A stretch of 64,000 bases of DNA. Source: Macrostomum lignano (lineage: Eukaryota). The notes under the pieces are model-generated. The model searched no databases, was not told where the DNA came from, and saw nothing but the letters and a program-made list of their open reading frames with translations. This document shows positions 1-12,503 of this stretch, in pieces (within the stretch, counting starts at the first letter, position 1; the number at the start of each line of letters is the position of its first letter). The stretch is from assembly GCA_002269645.1 (NCBI GenBank), contig NIVC01000655.1, positions 186,001 to 250,000 of the forward strand, in the 5' to 3' direction. Made by a program: the position numbers and the translations under genes.

Positions 1-277
1 TGTTCCTGTCTCCCATGCTGTTCCTGTCTCCCATGCTGTTCCTGTCTCCCATGCTGTTCCTGTCTCCCATGCTGTTCCTGTCTCCCATGCTGTTCCTGTC
101 TCCCATGCTGTTCCTGTCTCCCATGCTGTTCCTGTCTCCCATGCTGTTCCTGTCTCCCATGCTGTTCCCATGCTGTTCCCATCTCCCATGCTGTTCCCAT
201 CTCCCATGCTGTTCCCATCTCCCATGCTGTTCCCATGCTGTTCCCATCTCCCATGCTGTTCCCATGCTGTTCCTGTC
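1..277. repeat. 18-bp minisatellite (TGTTCCTGTCTCCCATGC, drifting to TGTTCCCATCTCCCATGC); runs off the window start
   Basis: Directly visible tandem units; the LFLSPM/LFPSPM ORFs in the track are by-products. Confidence 0.95.
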
Positions 278-306
278 TTCTCAATGTCTTCAGCGGTCGC
301 ACTCAC

Positions 307-471
307 CCAGGAGCAGCTGGCCCAAAAGCAGCCGCAGCAGCTCGGATTGCTTGACTGCCAGCTTCATCGCAGATGGGTAGTTGCTATGCAGATTTCTGGA
401 TAGATGCAGTTTAGCTGCTGTCAGCTGCAATAAATTATCCCAGAGCAGGGAGAGGAGCTTCGGGGTGGCCG
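307..471 (-). CDS. Putative isolated internal coding exon of an unidentified gene (ATPKLLSLLWDNLLQLTAAKLHLSRNLHSNYPSAMKLAVKQSELLRLLLGQLLL)
   Basis: CAG acceptor at 474-472, GTGAGT donor at 306-301, 165-nt open symmetric (phase 1-1) frame, followed by a minisatellite as other exons here are. No family recognised. Confidence 0.4.
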
Positions 472-1144
472 CTGATCAGGCAGACTGTTATATTTTCTCC
501 GACTGAGTTCTCTTGCTGTCTGCCTGAGAGTCAGACCACCCCACTCCGCTGAATAACTGAATGCGTGAGTGGACTTTAAAACGATTCACAATAGGCTTTT
601 GATGACATAAAAGGCTTGTGTTATCGCTAATCTCTGAGCTGCGCCTCACAATAGAAGAGAAACTTTGTGAGGCAGATGCACTCATGTCAGTTCATATTTG
701 ATGGATTGTAATACCAGCCTGTTTATCCCACTATGTGCTGATTCGCAATCGCTATATTCTATATAATGCAATATGTTGTGCGTAGCCTTAAGGCCCAACA
801 AGTGCTCTAACGATGCTGGCGTCAGTGTGACTTCTGTTCCACCCTCTAAACTGGCCTCAACACTGAGACAGGCTGATGAGGCATGCTACGAGTGTGCATA
901 GTCAAGCAGTGTCCCGGCACAGATAGTTTTAAAAATTCTTTTTCAAGTAATATTTCACAATTTTCAGCCTCCCCATCGGTCTCTCCTGCAGAAAAATTTA
1001 ATGAAGCAATCATTGTTGGCTTAATTTTTTTGCTTCAATAAGTTAAATAATTATAAATTACGATTTTTTTCTCTTCATGCCATTTAACCAAGCTAGCATG
1101 AGCTCAGTCTGTTGCTTCTCACGCAACTTGATAAGAGAAAGTAC

Positions 1145-1615
1145 AGTGCACCATTAGTAGACCATTAGTATACCATTAGTGTACCATTAGTGTACCATTA
1201 GTGTTCCATTAGTATGCCATTAGTGTACCATTAGTGCACCATTAGTGTATCATTAGTGTATCATTAGTGTATCATTGGTGTACCTCTCCAGTGTACCTTT
1301 AGTTTACCATTAGTGTACCACTAGTGTGTCATTAGTGTGCGATTAGTGAACTATTAGTGTACCATTAGGTGTACCATTAATGTACTATTAGTGTGTCTTT
1401 AGTGTATCATTAGTGTATCCTTTAGTGTACCATTAGTGTACCATAAGTGTGTCATTAGTGTGCGATTAGTGTACCATTTTTGTGCCGTTGGTGTACCATT
1501 TAGTGTGCCATTCGTGTGAAATTAGTTTACCATTAGGTGTTCCATTAGTGTATTATTAGTGCATCATTTGTGTGCCATTAGTTAGTGCCTCATTAGTTTA
1601 CTATTATTGTATCAT
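1145..1615. repeat. Degenerate 11-bp tandem repeat (CCATTAGTGTA)
   Basis: CATTAGTG core recurs about every 11 bp. Confidence 0.9.
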
Positions 1616-3577
1616 TAGTGTTGTAAAGCTCTTTTTACCTTACTGCGATATGTCTTCCACTAGTCTAGCTGTACAATGGAGATCGCCGTCAGGTATATAT
1701 TTTAACTGTCTTAAAAGATTTGAGAAAAAAAAACGATTTGAGCTTTCCATTTGTGAAGAACTGAGTTCTCCAAAGCGATCAAGCGAGCAGTGCCGCTTGA
1801 GGGGGCGGCCTCCGTGCTGGGGGCTCATTTAATACTCTCCGGCCGGCCGTCTCCGTCTGTCAACCGCTTCAGTCATTTTGCCGCCTCCCATTGATCTCCG
1901 TCTGCAATGGATGGTGGCAGCTGTAGTATCATTGCATGTCTTTGTTTTTATGCTACCATGGTACCTGTTCGAACTCGTAAGAAATTAGGGTTTAGTGGTC
2001 TGTTATGTCGGAGCAATATCGATTGGATTCATAAAACAAGGTTCAAAGCAGGACAGGATTGCAACTGTATGAACAGTCTGTCTGTCTGCTAGTCTTAGGT
2101 GTACCCAGGTTTTCTGGTTCCAAAACAAACAGGTTCTGAACTTGTAATGCTTTTCATGAACATCTAAATAAATATCTGTGAATTGGTTTACATGTATAAC
2201 AAGAATTTTGTAATAACTTTTGACTGAAGGAACATATGAACTTGAAATTTTCACTCAACAATTTCATGCATTAGGGCAACTAACAGCTTTATTTGAAGCT
2301 TTATATAACTGCATATCAACAGTGTAATCGTAAATGAAAGTCAAAAATTATTCGGTGGCCTCGAAGGTAATTAACGAAGGCAAACACGGCAGAGGCAAGT
2401 TTTGTAGCGGTAGCACTTGATGATAGTACGACTGGTGCGGGCAATGGCCACAGTCTTTGTTTATTGTAATCGTATGAGAGGATAGTTAGGCTTGCTATTA
2501 TCAATTCCGTCTGGGTGGTCAACAGAGATAGGTCAGAGTACTTGCTGAATCCGTAAGAAATGCACTTGGGCGGCTACGCAACAATAAGATAGATGGTAGA
2601 CGATAGAGTGAGTCGATGAGCTTGAGGCAATGGTGACGATGTGATGGCGGTGAACGTGTGGTGGCGGTGCTCGTAGCGGGAGCTCGTACAAGACGTAGAG
2701 GTGGCGTGACTGAGATTTGGCAGAGGCGTGGTTTAGAACCGTGGCGTAGCGAGGCGGAGAGAGAAGGCAAGCAAACAAGGAGTGCCGCGGTGGCAAGGCT
2801 CTAAGGGGTCTACGTACGAAGGCGGGAAGGCAGGAGGGTGGAGGATACCCCGAGCGCCCCAGCCAGACAGGACTGATAAGGAGCGGGCTGGGGGTGGGTG
2901 CGCGCGGAGAACTTAATTTCAGGCTAACATAATTTATTTATGCGCGGCTTTTCTATTGGCCGGCGAGAAAAACAGAATTTATCGATCGCCTACTGTACTT
3001 AGGCTTTACAAACGTACGCAAGTTATTTTAAAGTCTTTGGTCGCTACTTTAAGCAGACGTGAGAGTACGGGACCATTAAATTAACAATATTACAGATTGG
3101 TACCGTATGTTAAAACGGCCCTTGACGGGGCAACTAAAATTGACAACGTCACCCTTTCTTTTAAGTATTGTATAGTCAGGCTGCATTTTTAAACTATCTG
3201 GAAATGTCACTTCCTCCAAAAGTCTCAAATAATAACAGCTGGCATATTTACAGTTTTAAAGAACGACCAACAGTCGCCGCAGAAAATAGGGCGATCAAAT
3301 TTTGCGGTCAATTGTCGGTCTCCCCAAGCCACAGATACTACTTACAGCAGCTGTATCTGTGCATCTGCCTACGGTATGATCTAAATTTAGCTCATGTTTA
3401 GAAAGAATTAATTGTCGAAATGTTCTGCAGATTGAAAAAATTAAATTGCGAAAAGGCCTAATGAGAAAATTTATTCAAAGAGAGGCGTTTAATGGACCTT
3501 CGAAATTAGCGAGAATTCCTCTGCATCTACGAGCGTACATGTAACTTATTTATGCAGTCTTTAGGCCATGAATACCA

Positions 3578-3645
3578 TGTGATAACTGTGAATACCGTAG
3601 GATAACTGTGAATACCGTAGGATAACTGTGAATACCGTGTAATTA
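3578..3645. repeat. Short 20-bp tandem repeat (GATAACTGTGAATACCGTAG x3)
   Basis: Three near-exact units at 3581-3640. Confidence 0.85.
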
Positions 3646-5146
3646 CCGTAAATCCCGGGTGAAAAACTGAGGGATTAGTGCTTAGACTGGGATTCAAAGA
3701 CTTCGTGTAATGGTAGATTCGGGGGCCGGATAGAAGCTGGCGCCGTCTCAGGCCGCTGGTGACAGATTACCCGCCTTCACTGGAAGGGTTTTAAGGTTCG
3801 GGCCGGATGTCGAGGCTCTATGCGAGGCTCCTTCCGCCTGCTAAGCTGACTTTTTTCTGGTCCTGCGGAGGCTGTCACCACCCTTTAATTTAGCAGGCAC
3901 ACCGTCATTTTCTACTCTAACTGAGGCAGCTGGAGGCCCGGCCCTGATGATGGGGAGTGTTTGAGCTAGCCGTGGAGAAGCCTCGATGGAGAACGCATCG
4001 TCTAAATGGGGATTTCCCATATACACAGAATTAGAATAGGCAAAGATATTATTATTTTCTATCCTCTATCCTATGTTCTATCCTCAGAACTTTCTGGTGG
4101 GCAACGATAGGAATAATTTGGACAGCTATGGGCAGCACACTGTGTTCGCGATTTTGCAGAAGGCATACTTCACTGCAGCAAAACCAAACATCCAAATTCT
4201 ATGGCTACTTATGTTTCTTCACCGGATTAGCAGTTTATACGCATCTCTACACAGTTTAATTTGTTTAAATCGCTGATTGAGCATTCTGGGTAAATTCTGT
4301 GGTTCTATCAGTTCCGAAGAAAAATATGCTGGTCTCCATTACCTGTGAGAACAACACGGTTGATATCGTCTTTAGATGATTTTGAGTGTATTTCTCAGAG
4401 TGTAAATTCATTGAAAATGTCTCTTTCATGTGCAGTTTCAGTTAAAAAATACAGCTACGAGTACTCGCCTCGGGCTAGGTTCTCAGGCTTCCGTTTTCAG
4501 TGAGTTTTGTGCCACAGATAAAAAATGAGGCATGAACCGTCATATCTGTAGGTTAATCTGTATAGTCCATAGTTTGTGCCGTGTATTTCACTTTCTAATT
4601 ATCTAAGTAGGTAGTGCAAGAAAACTGCATTTTTAGTGTCCATAGTCAGCTTCATTACATTAGTCCGCGTCTCCGTTTGACATTCAAAAGTCAATATGGA
4701 TGACATTGTTCGTATGCTTTAAGGGATCAGAGTAACATTCATTTGGGGCTTGTGCCAGAAAAGTTGACTGGGGAATAGGTTGTCGGGCCATTCACAGCCA
4801 TGAGGGTCCACCCCCATGGCACAGAGAGTGTACACGCCCCGACGATGATAATGTCGAAAAGTCGAATGTCGAAAAACGCCCTGTGTGAGCGAGCGACCTT
4901 GCATGGGCTCAGAAGTCAGCGGAATGGGCAGAATTGCCTCAACGCTGGTTGTTGATCGATGTCTTATTTATAGTTATTAGTAATTAGTCACTCAGTAGTA
5001 AAGTGAAGACAACAAAACTATAAAACTAATATCAAGTGTGCGTGGGTTTCGATCGCTTCAAGCGTTATTATCACCACCGAATGACGTCATTACTTGCTCG
5101 CCCGTCGCCCGTTCTCAACGCTGCGGTCGGAATCTTCTCCCGGACC

Positions 5147-6091
5147 TCACCGAAAGGAGCCGCAGCAGAAGCAAATTGAGTTAGCAGCAGAGCCGATGAA
5201 GCGTCGGAACTCCGGCATGAAGATGAGATAGACCAGCGGATTGATGGCGCTATTCAGATTCAGAAGAAACGAGTCCACGCGCTCCAACAAATACAGGTTG
5301 TCCAGCTCGAATCCCAGACAAAGCAGGAAGTAGCCGATGGAGTCCATGGCAAAAAGCAGCACAAAAGCGGCGCTGGTGATGCCAGTCATCAGTGTGAGGC
5401 GCCGGGTCACCGCCATCACTTTATTCTCGCTGGAGGTGCTCTGAGCAGCCGACAGCGACTGGCGGATGCTGCGCACGATCAACAGGTACAGGCTCACCGA
5501 CAGAGCGGATGGAAAGATCCAGAAGATGATCACATAAGAAATGCCAAACGACTTCATCAGCTGTTCATCGTCAAAGTTCTTTTCGCAGTACTTCTCCAAC
5601 AATGTTCCGTTAGGATTCGCCGGCCGAGTCCGCAGGTTGGTGAAAATCCAACAGAAAGGAATTTCGACAACGCATGGCGAGGCCAACACCACGAAGCAGA
5701 ACAGTTTGAGCAGCTGCGACTTGCGCCGTCGGTACCAGAACGGAGCGCACAGGCAGCAGCACCGCTCGATGGAGATGCACACAAGGTTGTAGACGCTCAT
5801 GCTGACCAGGGAAAAGTGCAAAGCCTGACTCCTGATGAGCTTGCAGTAGAGCAGCCACAGCCAGTCTGGGAGGCTCTGCGACGGCGGCGGCAGCAGCGGA
5901 AAGTACTGGATAGCAACCAGATTGACCAGCATCAGGGAGCAGTCAATGACAGTCTGACTGCGCAACAGCAGAGTGCACAGTCTGGTGCCGATCTTGGTGC
6001 GAAAGCTGAACGCGAGGAACAGCGCGTCGAAGAGCAGCGCCAAAGACAGCGCCGCCGTCAGCGCGATGCGTACAGCGGCTTCCGAATCCAT
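5147..6091 (-). CDS. Intronless orphan class A (rhodopsin-like) GPCR, copy 1, 314 aa
   Basis: Seven hydrophobic segments; TM3 end ISIERC (DRY-like); TM7 NSAINPLVY (NPxxY); very short N-terminus; no CWxP in TM6. Confidence 0.9.
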   Translation of the reverse strand: MDSEAAVRIALTAALSLALLFDALFLAFSFRTKIGTRLCTLLLRSQTVIDCSLMLVNLVAIQYFPLLPPPSQSLPDWLWLLYCKLIRSQALHFSLVSMSVYNLVCISIERCCCLCAPFWYRRRKSQLLKLFCFVVLASPCVVEIPFCWIFTNLRTRPANPNGTLLEKYCEKNFDDEQLMKSFGISYVIIFWIFPSALSVSLYLLIVRSIRQSLSAAQSTSSENKVMAVTRRLTLMTGITSAAFVLLFAMDSIGYFLLCLGFELDNLYLLERVDSFLLNLNSAINPLVYLIFMPEFRRFIGSAANSICFCCGSFR

Positions 6092-6639
6092 ATTGGCTCT
6101 TGTAAGCTTATTGCTGTTGCTTTTTTAGTTTCTCAAAGTTCTCCTGTTGCAAAGCAGCAGAATGACCCGTGGTGTCAGATGTGCGAAGAAACTAAGCACT
6201 ACCTGGTTTCCTGAGCGAGCAGTCGGTGCTAGCAAATACCAGTGGGTTCTTTATATAAATTGTGTTAGAGACTTGTCTGCCTTAGCAACAGCTAAAGAGT
6301 TTAGAACGAGCAGTCCTCAACTCTATTGGTATTGGTTCAAGACTGCAGCTCCGGCCGTGTTTGCTAATGGCACACTGTCTGGTATTCCATTGAACAACAG
6401 GCTCCGTCAACAGGTGCTAAATAGGATAAGTTTGAAAAAAGAAATTTCCAATACAGCCAAGTGGCTGCGACAGGTGCAGGTTCTCACGTGTCACAATACT
6501 GATTCATGTAGGCTGATGAAGAGCTTAGGGCGGGGGTCGGCAAACTGCGGCCTGTGTGCCACATGCAGCTCGCGAGGCCTCTCCGGCCCTCGGGTCTTTT
6601 GAAACTTCACAATAGCAATCCGGCCCGCTCAGGGTTTGC

Positions 6640-7030
6640 CTCTTCTGAGCTCTCTTCTCTCCTCCTCTCCTCGCCTCTCTGCCCTCCTCTCCCTCCCCTC
6701 TCGTATCTCCCATCCTCTACCGTCCCTCCTTTTTCCCCTCCTCTCCCCTCCTTTCTCATCCCCCCTCTTCCCTCACCCCTCTCACGTCTCCCCTCCTCTC
6801 TCATCTCCCCTCTCCTCGCCTTTGCCCTCCTCCCCCTCCCATCTCTTATCTCCAATCCTCTACCGTCTCTCCACTTTCCCCTCCTCTCCCCTCTCCTCTC
6901 TGCCCTCCTCTCTCATTTCCCCTCTCCCCTCTCCCCTCTTCTCTCTCTTCCTTCCTCTCCCCTCTCCTCTCGCCCCTCCTCCCTCCCCTCTCCTCTCTGA
7001 TCTCTCTTTTCCTCTTTTCTTCCCTATTCC
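6640..7030. repeat. C/T-rich low-complexity (polypyrimidine/polypurine) tract
   Basis: Almost only C and T on the + strand; the overlapping Pro/Leu/Ser and Arg/Gly/Glu ORFs are artefacts. Confidence 0.9.
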
Positions 7031-7315
7031 CTATCTTCTCAAGCTAAAAAAGTTTACTCAACCCTGGCTTAGGGGTGGTATGTTTGGCAAGAATGTGATG
7101 ATATAATCTGCTAAATATGGTTCTCAAGAAAGCACACCTTTTATAAAAACTTCATGTCAAACTTGAAGCAAATTTGAGCTCTGGTCAGTCTCCGGGTAGC
7201 TCACTTTTATTATTTTTTCAATGTGTGCAGAAAACAAAATAAAAGTTTTTTCTGTAGCCGTTTTTAAAGCCGCTCTGACAAAAATTCTGTGCCTGGCTAA
7301 ATCTGCTGCTCAAGC

Positions 7316-10010
7316 CTAGCCGGTCTTCACCAGCTGGATCGGATCCAGTCGCAGTTTCCTTGTGTTGCCCTCCTTCTTCTCCGTGATCATAGCGATCGCA
7401 GCATCATTGCTCTTCGTGTAGTTGGGTGCGCTGAACACGGTGATGCAGCGCTTCATGTAGTGCCACTCGTAGCCCTGCACCTTCGGCTCGTGACCGCGGA
7501 CCAGAGTGGTCAAGCTGAACTGCGTGATGAACTTCTCGATGACGTCTGTGCCGAACTCGAACGAAATTTGTCTGGCTTTGTTCTCCGTCCAGCCTTTCAA
7601 CGACATCCAGTTGGCGTCCTTCGGGCTCATGTGCGCGCCGCCAAAGGATTTCGGATCCGACCAGATCAGGTCAGCAAAGAGGCTCGTGTACTTGTCCAGA
7701 TCCTTCATCTTGGTGATCTTCGGAATGTCGGACGGTTGCACGTAGTTCTTGCCAACTTGAACCGGCGTGCGCACCTTGAAGTTGATGGTGGAGATCAGCT
7801 GGTCGACTGGGTTGGCATTCTTGTGCTTGGTGCAGGTGTCCAGCACTTTCAGCGGGTCGCCGTTGCGCATGCAGGTTTGGCAGTAGGCCAGGTAGGGGCT
7901 GATGCCGCCGTGGACGCACATGAACTTTTTCTCCACAACGCACACAGTTGGCAGATAGTCGAACACGTGAATGAACATGTACCAGATGTTCTTGGCCAGT
8001 TTCTGGTGGCCTGGGTCCACTGCGTTCTCTGCGTTCGAGAGGGACGTTGAGAACAAAATCTGAGTGAAGGAATCTTTTTCTCAAAAATTTAAAACTGACC
8101 CAGGCAGTTCCATGTTTAAAGGAAAGGAAAAACACTTTTAATTTTTAGAAATAAAATTTTGGTTGGTTCTTTTTTTAATTTAAGAGAGACTACGTGATCA
8201 TCGAGTTTTCTAAGAAAGACTACATAATCACTGAGTTTTCTATGAAAGACTACATAATCTCTGAGTTTTCTAGGAAAGACTACATAATCACCGAGTTTTC
8301 TAGGAAAGGCTACATAATCACTGAGTTTTCTATGAAAGACTACATAATCACTGAGTTTTCTAGGAAAGACTATATAAGCATCGAGTTTTCTATGAAAGAC
8401 TACATAATCACTGAGTTTTCTATGAAAGACTACATAATCTCTGAGTTTTCTAGGAAAGACTACATAATCACTGAGTTTTCTAGGAAAGACTACATAATCA
8501 CTGAGTTTTCTAGGAAATACTACATAATCACCGAGTTTTCTAGGAAAGGCTACATAATCACTGAGTTTTCTAGGAAAGACTACATAATCACTGAGTTTTC
8601 TAGGAAATACTACATAATCACCGAGTTTTCTAGGAAAGGCTACATAATCACTGAGTTTTCTATGAAAGACTACATAATCACCGAGTTTTCTAGGAAAGAC
8701 TATATAAGCATCGAGTTTTCTAGGAAAGACTACATAATCACTGAGTTTTCTAGGAAAGACTACACACTCACTGAGTTTTCTAGGAAAGACTACACGGGTA
8801 ATGTAATCATAGCGACCCCTTTATTTTTTAAGAAATCTAAATCACCCCAGACACCTTGAAAACCGCAAGCGTTGGTCCGAAAGATGCCCATAAATAAAAA
8901 AGCTAGAAAAGGGCATTATGGAAAACTTTCTCGGGTGTTAGACCATACTTGAAGAGAGAATAATCAAGCGAACACGGCCTCACTAGAAAAGCGCTCGTTG
9001 CATTCGGGCAAAAATCCGTAGGTTTCGTGCAGATCAAAATCCTCGTGATTGCCGCGCAGCACAAACACCCTGGTTGGGAACTTGAGCTTGTAGTAGAGGA
9101 ACAGGCAGACGGTCTCCAGCTGGTGGAGACCTCGGTCAACCATGTCGCCAGTGCAGACCAAATTAAAATTGTGCTGCTCCGGACCGCCGGTTTTGAAGAA
9201 CCAGCGCAGCAGGTCGCTGAACTGGCCGTGAATGTCGGTCATCACGTAGGCCGGGGCCGGCACCTCTTCGCAGGATTTGTGATGCAACAGCGAGTACCGG
9301 ACCAAGATTAGCAGTACGATAATCCGGTAGGCGTTAATCTCGTCCTCCTCGGGATCGTTGCCCCAGACGATTTTCAACCTGAGAGTTGCATGGTTGTTGA
9401 AAACCAGTTTGATGATTACAGTGGCTTATAGCAGATCATCTTAAATGAATGGATTACGAATGCTAAGGTGCATGAGAGCTAGTAGCAATAGGGTCAGCTC
9501 GTCATTTTACCAATGGGGTGTTGCTGATAAATTTAATGACAACTTAACGGCCGCGAACCCCCCGGGTCTAATGTGTTCGTGGGCCACATTAATTTGAGGC
9601 TTTTGACACCACTGGTGTTGTGTGATTCACACCAACAAGGGCCAACTCCCAAGTCACGTAGATTGTACATGCCTGGCCCGCTGTTCAGACTTCTACAGCA
9701 ACTCTTCCAGTTGAATAAAATCATCATTGGAATCGCAGACTCACTGGTTCGCCTGAAAGGTGTGCTTCTTCTCGGCATAGGACCCGCGCAGGAACTCCGC
9801 CTCCGGGCCTTTATTGAAGAATGAATTGTACTTCAGCTTGCCGAATAGTACGTCCAAATCGGTGTACTTTTCCATCTCCTCTTTGTACTTGCCGTTGGGC
9901 AGGTAGGAGTAGAATGTCTCCATTAGTAGCGTCCCGTCGGAGTGCTTGGGCAGCGAGGACTCGGTGAAACCTTCGGTCGCCTTGTCATCCTTCTTCTTAT
10001 TCTTCTGCAT
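7316..10010 (-). CDS. PPP-family (PP1-like, divergent) Ser/Thr protein phosphatase, 3 exons, about 457 aa
   Basis: Exons 10010-9745, 9378-8984, 8028-7316 (GTGAGT/CAG phase 2; GTGAGG/CAG phase 1; 1374 nt, in frame; the last acceptor could be a few codons off). Motifs TDIHG, GDMVDRG, RGNHE, HGGISP, WSDP, RGHE, FSAPNY. Confidence 0.9.
8186..8795. repeat. 30-bp minisatellite in phosphatase intron 2 (ACTACATAATCACTGAGTTTTCTAGGAAAG, about 20 units)
   Basis: Units align every 30 nt; the 221-aa ITEFSRKDY ORF is a repeat by-product. Confidence 0.95.
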
Positions 10011-11549
10011 TTTGAACTATATGCTAGAACTTTTAATTGCAGTCGCTGCTAATGCAATTAACTATTGAAATCGAAGATGTTTGAGCAATGCAGAACGCAA
10101 CGGTGATTTATTCCCAGCTTTGAGTCAGTTGAGTTAGTCAGTCTTAAGCAACCTAAAATTCTGAAGATCCGTTAGGGTACAGTGCGAGCCACCTCGGACT
10201 TGAGGCCATAGACAAGTGTCGGATGCGAGAGCCGCTGCGTTGAAGCAGTTTGACAAGTTTTATTTTATTCATAAATAGTTTAGCCAATTGCGTAATTAAA
10301 CTCTGGAGCTTAGTACTATTGTAATTTACTTAAAGCATTAATGTGCCTGGGACAGACCCTAGAGCATTGATTGGCAGACACAAGATTTTCCAACCATCTG
10401 TTTTGACTGTTACTGAGTTTACTTGTGACCTTTTAACTGACTTATTTACTTACTAGGCAACATGTTAGCGTTCCCACACCGAAACCAGTGGTCAACAAGT
10501 GCATGCCATCTTTAATCCAGCCATAACTTTCCACTCTCTCTCTCTCTCTCCTCACCAGCTAGGGCCTTGTGGTGTGAATTGAGTCATTTGAGGCTTGAGT
10601 TCTGAGAATAGTTGACCAACTACTGGTTTCGGGGTGAAAATGTTAACAAGTTGCTCAGTGTATCATGTACTGTTATAACACAAGAAAACGATTTCTAACC
10701 GCATCGGGCAATAGCAATCAATATAGACGGGGTGGTTGTCAAGCAACGCAAACAATGAAACTAGAACGCATATGCGTCGACATAAGAATAGAAAATTCAT
10801 TAATCAATAGTATACGATATCCTAGTTAGAGTCAAATGCCTAAGCAAACACCAACCAGCAACCTTCACTTGCTTGTTCACCTTAAACAAATTTCCTACAC
10901 TTTCCTACGCTCAAAACAGACGGGGTTTTATGCTATATACCAACAGCAGCAGAGTAGACGGTAAGGTTTTTAGTAAGTAGACAGATATGTTGATCTTAGA
11001 CAAGTTGCATCCTGGAGGGATGTTACGAGTAAAATAAGCAGGACAACGTGAAGCACTTATATTTGTAGGTCAGGAGGTAATGTTTGAGTTCCTCATGGAA
11101 AAAATGATGACTGCATGCTGTGTTTGCCTGTGTTTGGTTAGTCCACACTGATTGATGTTTCCAGTTGGCTGACTTCAAGCCATGGTAGCACTGTCGCTCT
11201 CGGGGCTCTATCAGATAGTTAAGACGGCACGCTTAAGCAACATACTCGTAAAGCACATTTTTGCCAGGTCTCGCACCGGGAATCCCGAGTCCCCGACTGA
11301 TGGTGAATGCTGACACAGAAACAAAAATTATGTCCTTGTCAAAAGGTTATATAAAAAGATGACTTTTTATGCAGTCTACAAGCTTCTAAAGTTGCAGTCC
11401 ATGATTGCGGGAAAAATAAATAAATCGTTATCAAGCTGAAGGTTCAAGATTTCAATTAAAATCCTTTTGCGAAATTATTAAACTTCAATCCACGTCTCGT
11501 CCCCAGAAATTTCTTCCCTTCCGAGCACAAAGTCTCCAACATGTTCGTT

Positions 11550-12503
11550 TCAACTTGGAGTTCTCCTGGCCACTGAGCAGGCGATGAAGCTGCGAAACTC
11601 CGGCATGAACGCGAGGTAAACCAGAGGGTTGATGGCGCTGTTCAGGTTCAGCAGGAACGAGTCCACACTGTCAATGAAGCCGTTTTTCTCGACGGGAAAC
11701 CCGATGCACAGCAGGAAGTAGTTCACCGAGTCCATGCCGAACAGCAGGACGAAAGCGGCGCTCGTCACTCCCGTCATCAGCGTCAGTCTCCGGGTTCCGC
11801 GATCGCTCAGCTTCTTGGCGTCGGACGGCGGGGCAGCTGCGGACGAGGCGGCTCTCAGCGCGGACGACTGACGAAGGACGCGCACAATGAGCAGGTAGAG
11901 AACCACCGACAGCACTGACGGCAGCGCCCAGAACAGGAACACGTAGGCGATGCCGAATGCCTTCAGCATCATCGGGTCGTGCTGTGAGTAGATCACCTCG
12001 CACGACTTCTCAACGGTGGTTCCGTTCTCAATCGGGGTCTTGTCGAATGACGTCACAATCCAGCAGAACGGAAACTCAACGAATGAAGGCGAGGCGAGCA
12101 CAAGAACGATGAAGGCCCAAAGCAGCTGCGACTTGCGCCGTCGGTACCAGAACGGAGCGCACAGGCAGCAGCACCGCTCGATGGAGATGCACACAAGGTT
12201 GTAGACGCTCATGCTGACCAGGGAAAAGTGCAAAGCCTGACTCCTGATGAGCTTGCAGTAGAGCAGCCACAGCCAGTCTGGGAGGCTCTGCGACGGCGGC
12301 GGCAGCAGCGGAAAGTACTGGATAGCAACCAGATTGACCAGCATCAGGGAGCAGTCAATGACAGTCTGACTGCGCAACAGCAGAGTGCACAGTCTGGTGC
12401 CGATCTTGGTGCGAAAGCTGAACGCGAGGAACAGCGCGTCGAAGAGCAGCGCCAACGACAGCGCCGCCGTCAGCGCGATGCGAAACGCATCTTTTAGCTG
12501 CAT
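11550..12503 (-). CDS. Intronless orphan class A GPCR, copy 2, 317 aa (paralog of 5147-6091)
   Basis: Same ERC and NSAINPLVY motifs; 5' 362 bp almost identical to copy 1. Confidence 0.9.
   Translation of the reverse strand: MQLKDAFRIALTAALSLALLFDALFLAFSFRTKIGTRLCTLLLRSQTVIDCSLMLVNLVAIQYFPLLPPPSQSLPDWLWLLYCKLIRSQALHFSLVSMSVYNLVCISIERCCCLCAPFWYRRRKSQLLWAFIVLVLASPSFVEFPFCWIVTSFDKTPIENGTTVEKSCEVIYSQHDPMMLKAFGIAYVFLFWALPSVLSVVLYLLIVRVLRQSSALRAASSAAAPPSDAKKLSDRGTRRLTLMTGVTSAAFVLLFGMDSVNYFLLCIGFPVEKNGFIDSVDSFLLNLNSAINPLVYLAFMPEFRSFIACSVARRTPS

Noticed and set aside
2940-2997. Possible Tc1/pogo-type terminus (...CGCCTACTG-TA)
   Set aside because: No convincing partner TIR or transposase remnant found.
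3841-4500. Short minus-strand ORFs with scattered splice-like sites
   Set aside because: No consistent exon chain or recognisable product could be built.
7460-8135. Long antisense or alternate-frame ORFs over real exons (also over the GPCR, SDR, HRD1 and WASP genes)
   Set aside because: Expected shadows of GC-rich coding sequence; no independent motifs.
8194-8859. 221-aa repetitive ORF
   Set aside because: Translation of a 30-bp array inside a phosphatase intron, on the opposite strand.
8964-8966. Stop codon suggesting the phosphatase is a split pseudogene
   Set aside because: It lies inside the intron once the GTGAGG donor at 8983 is used; the spliced model is open.
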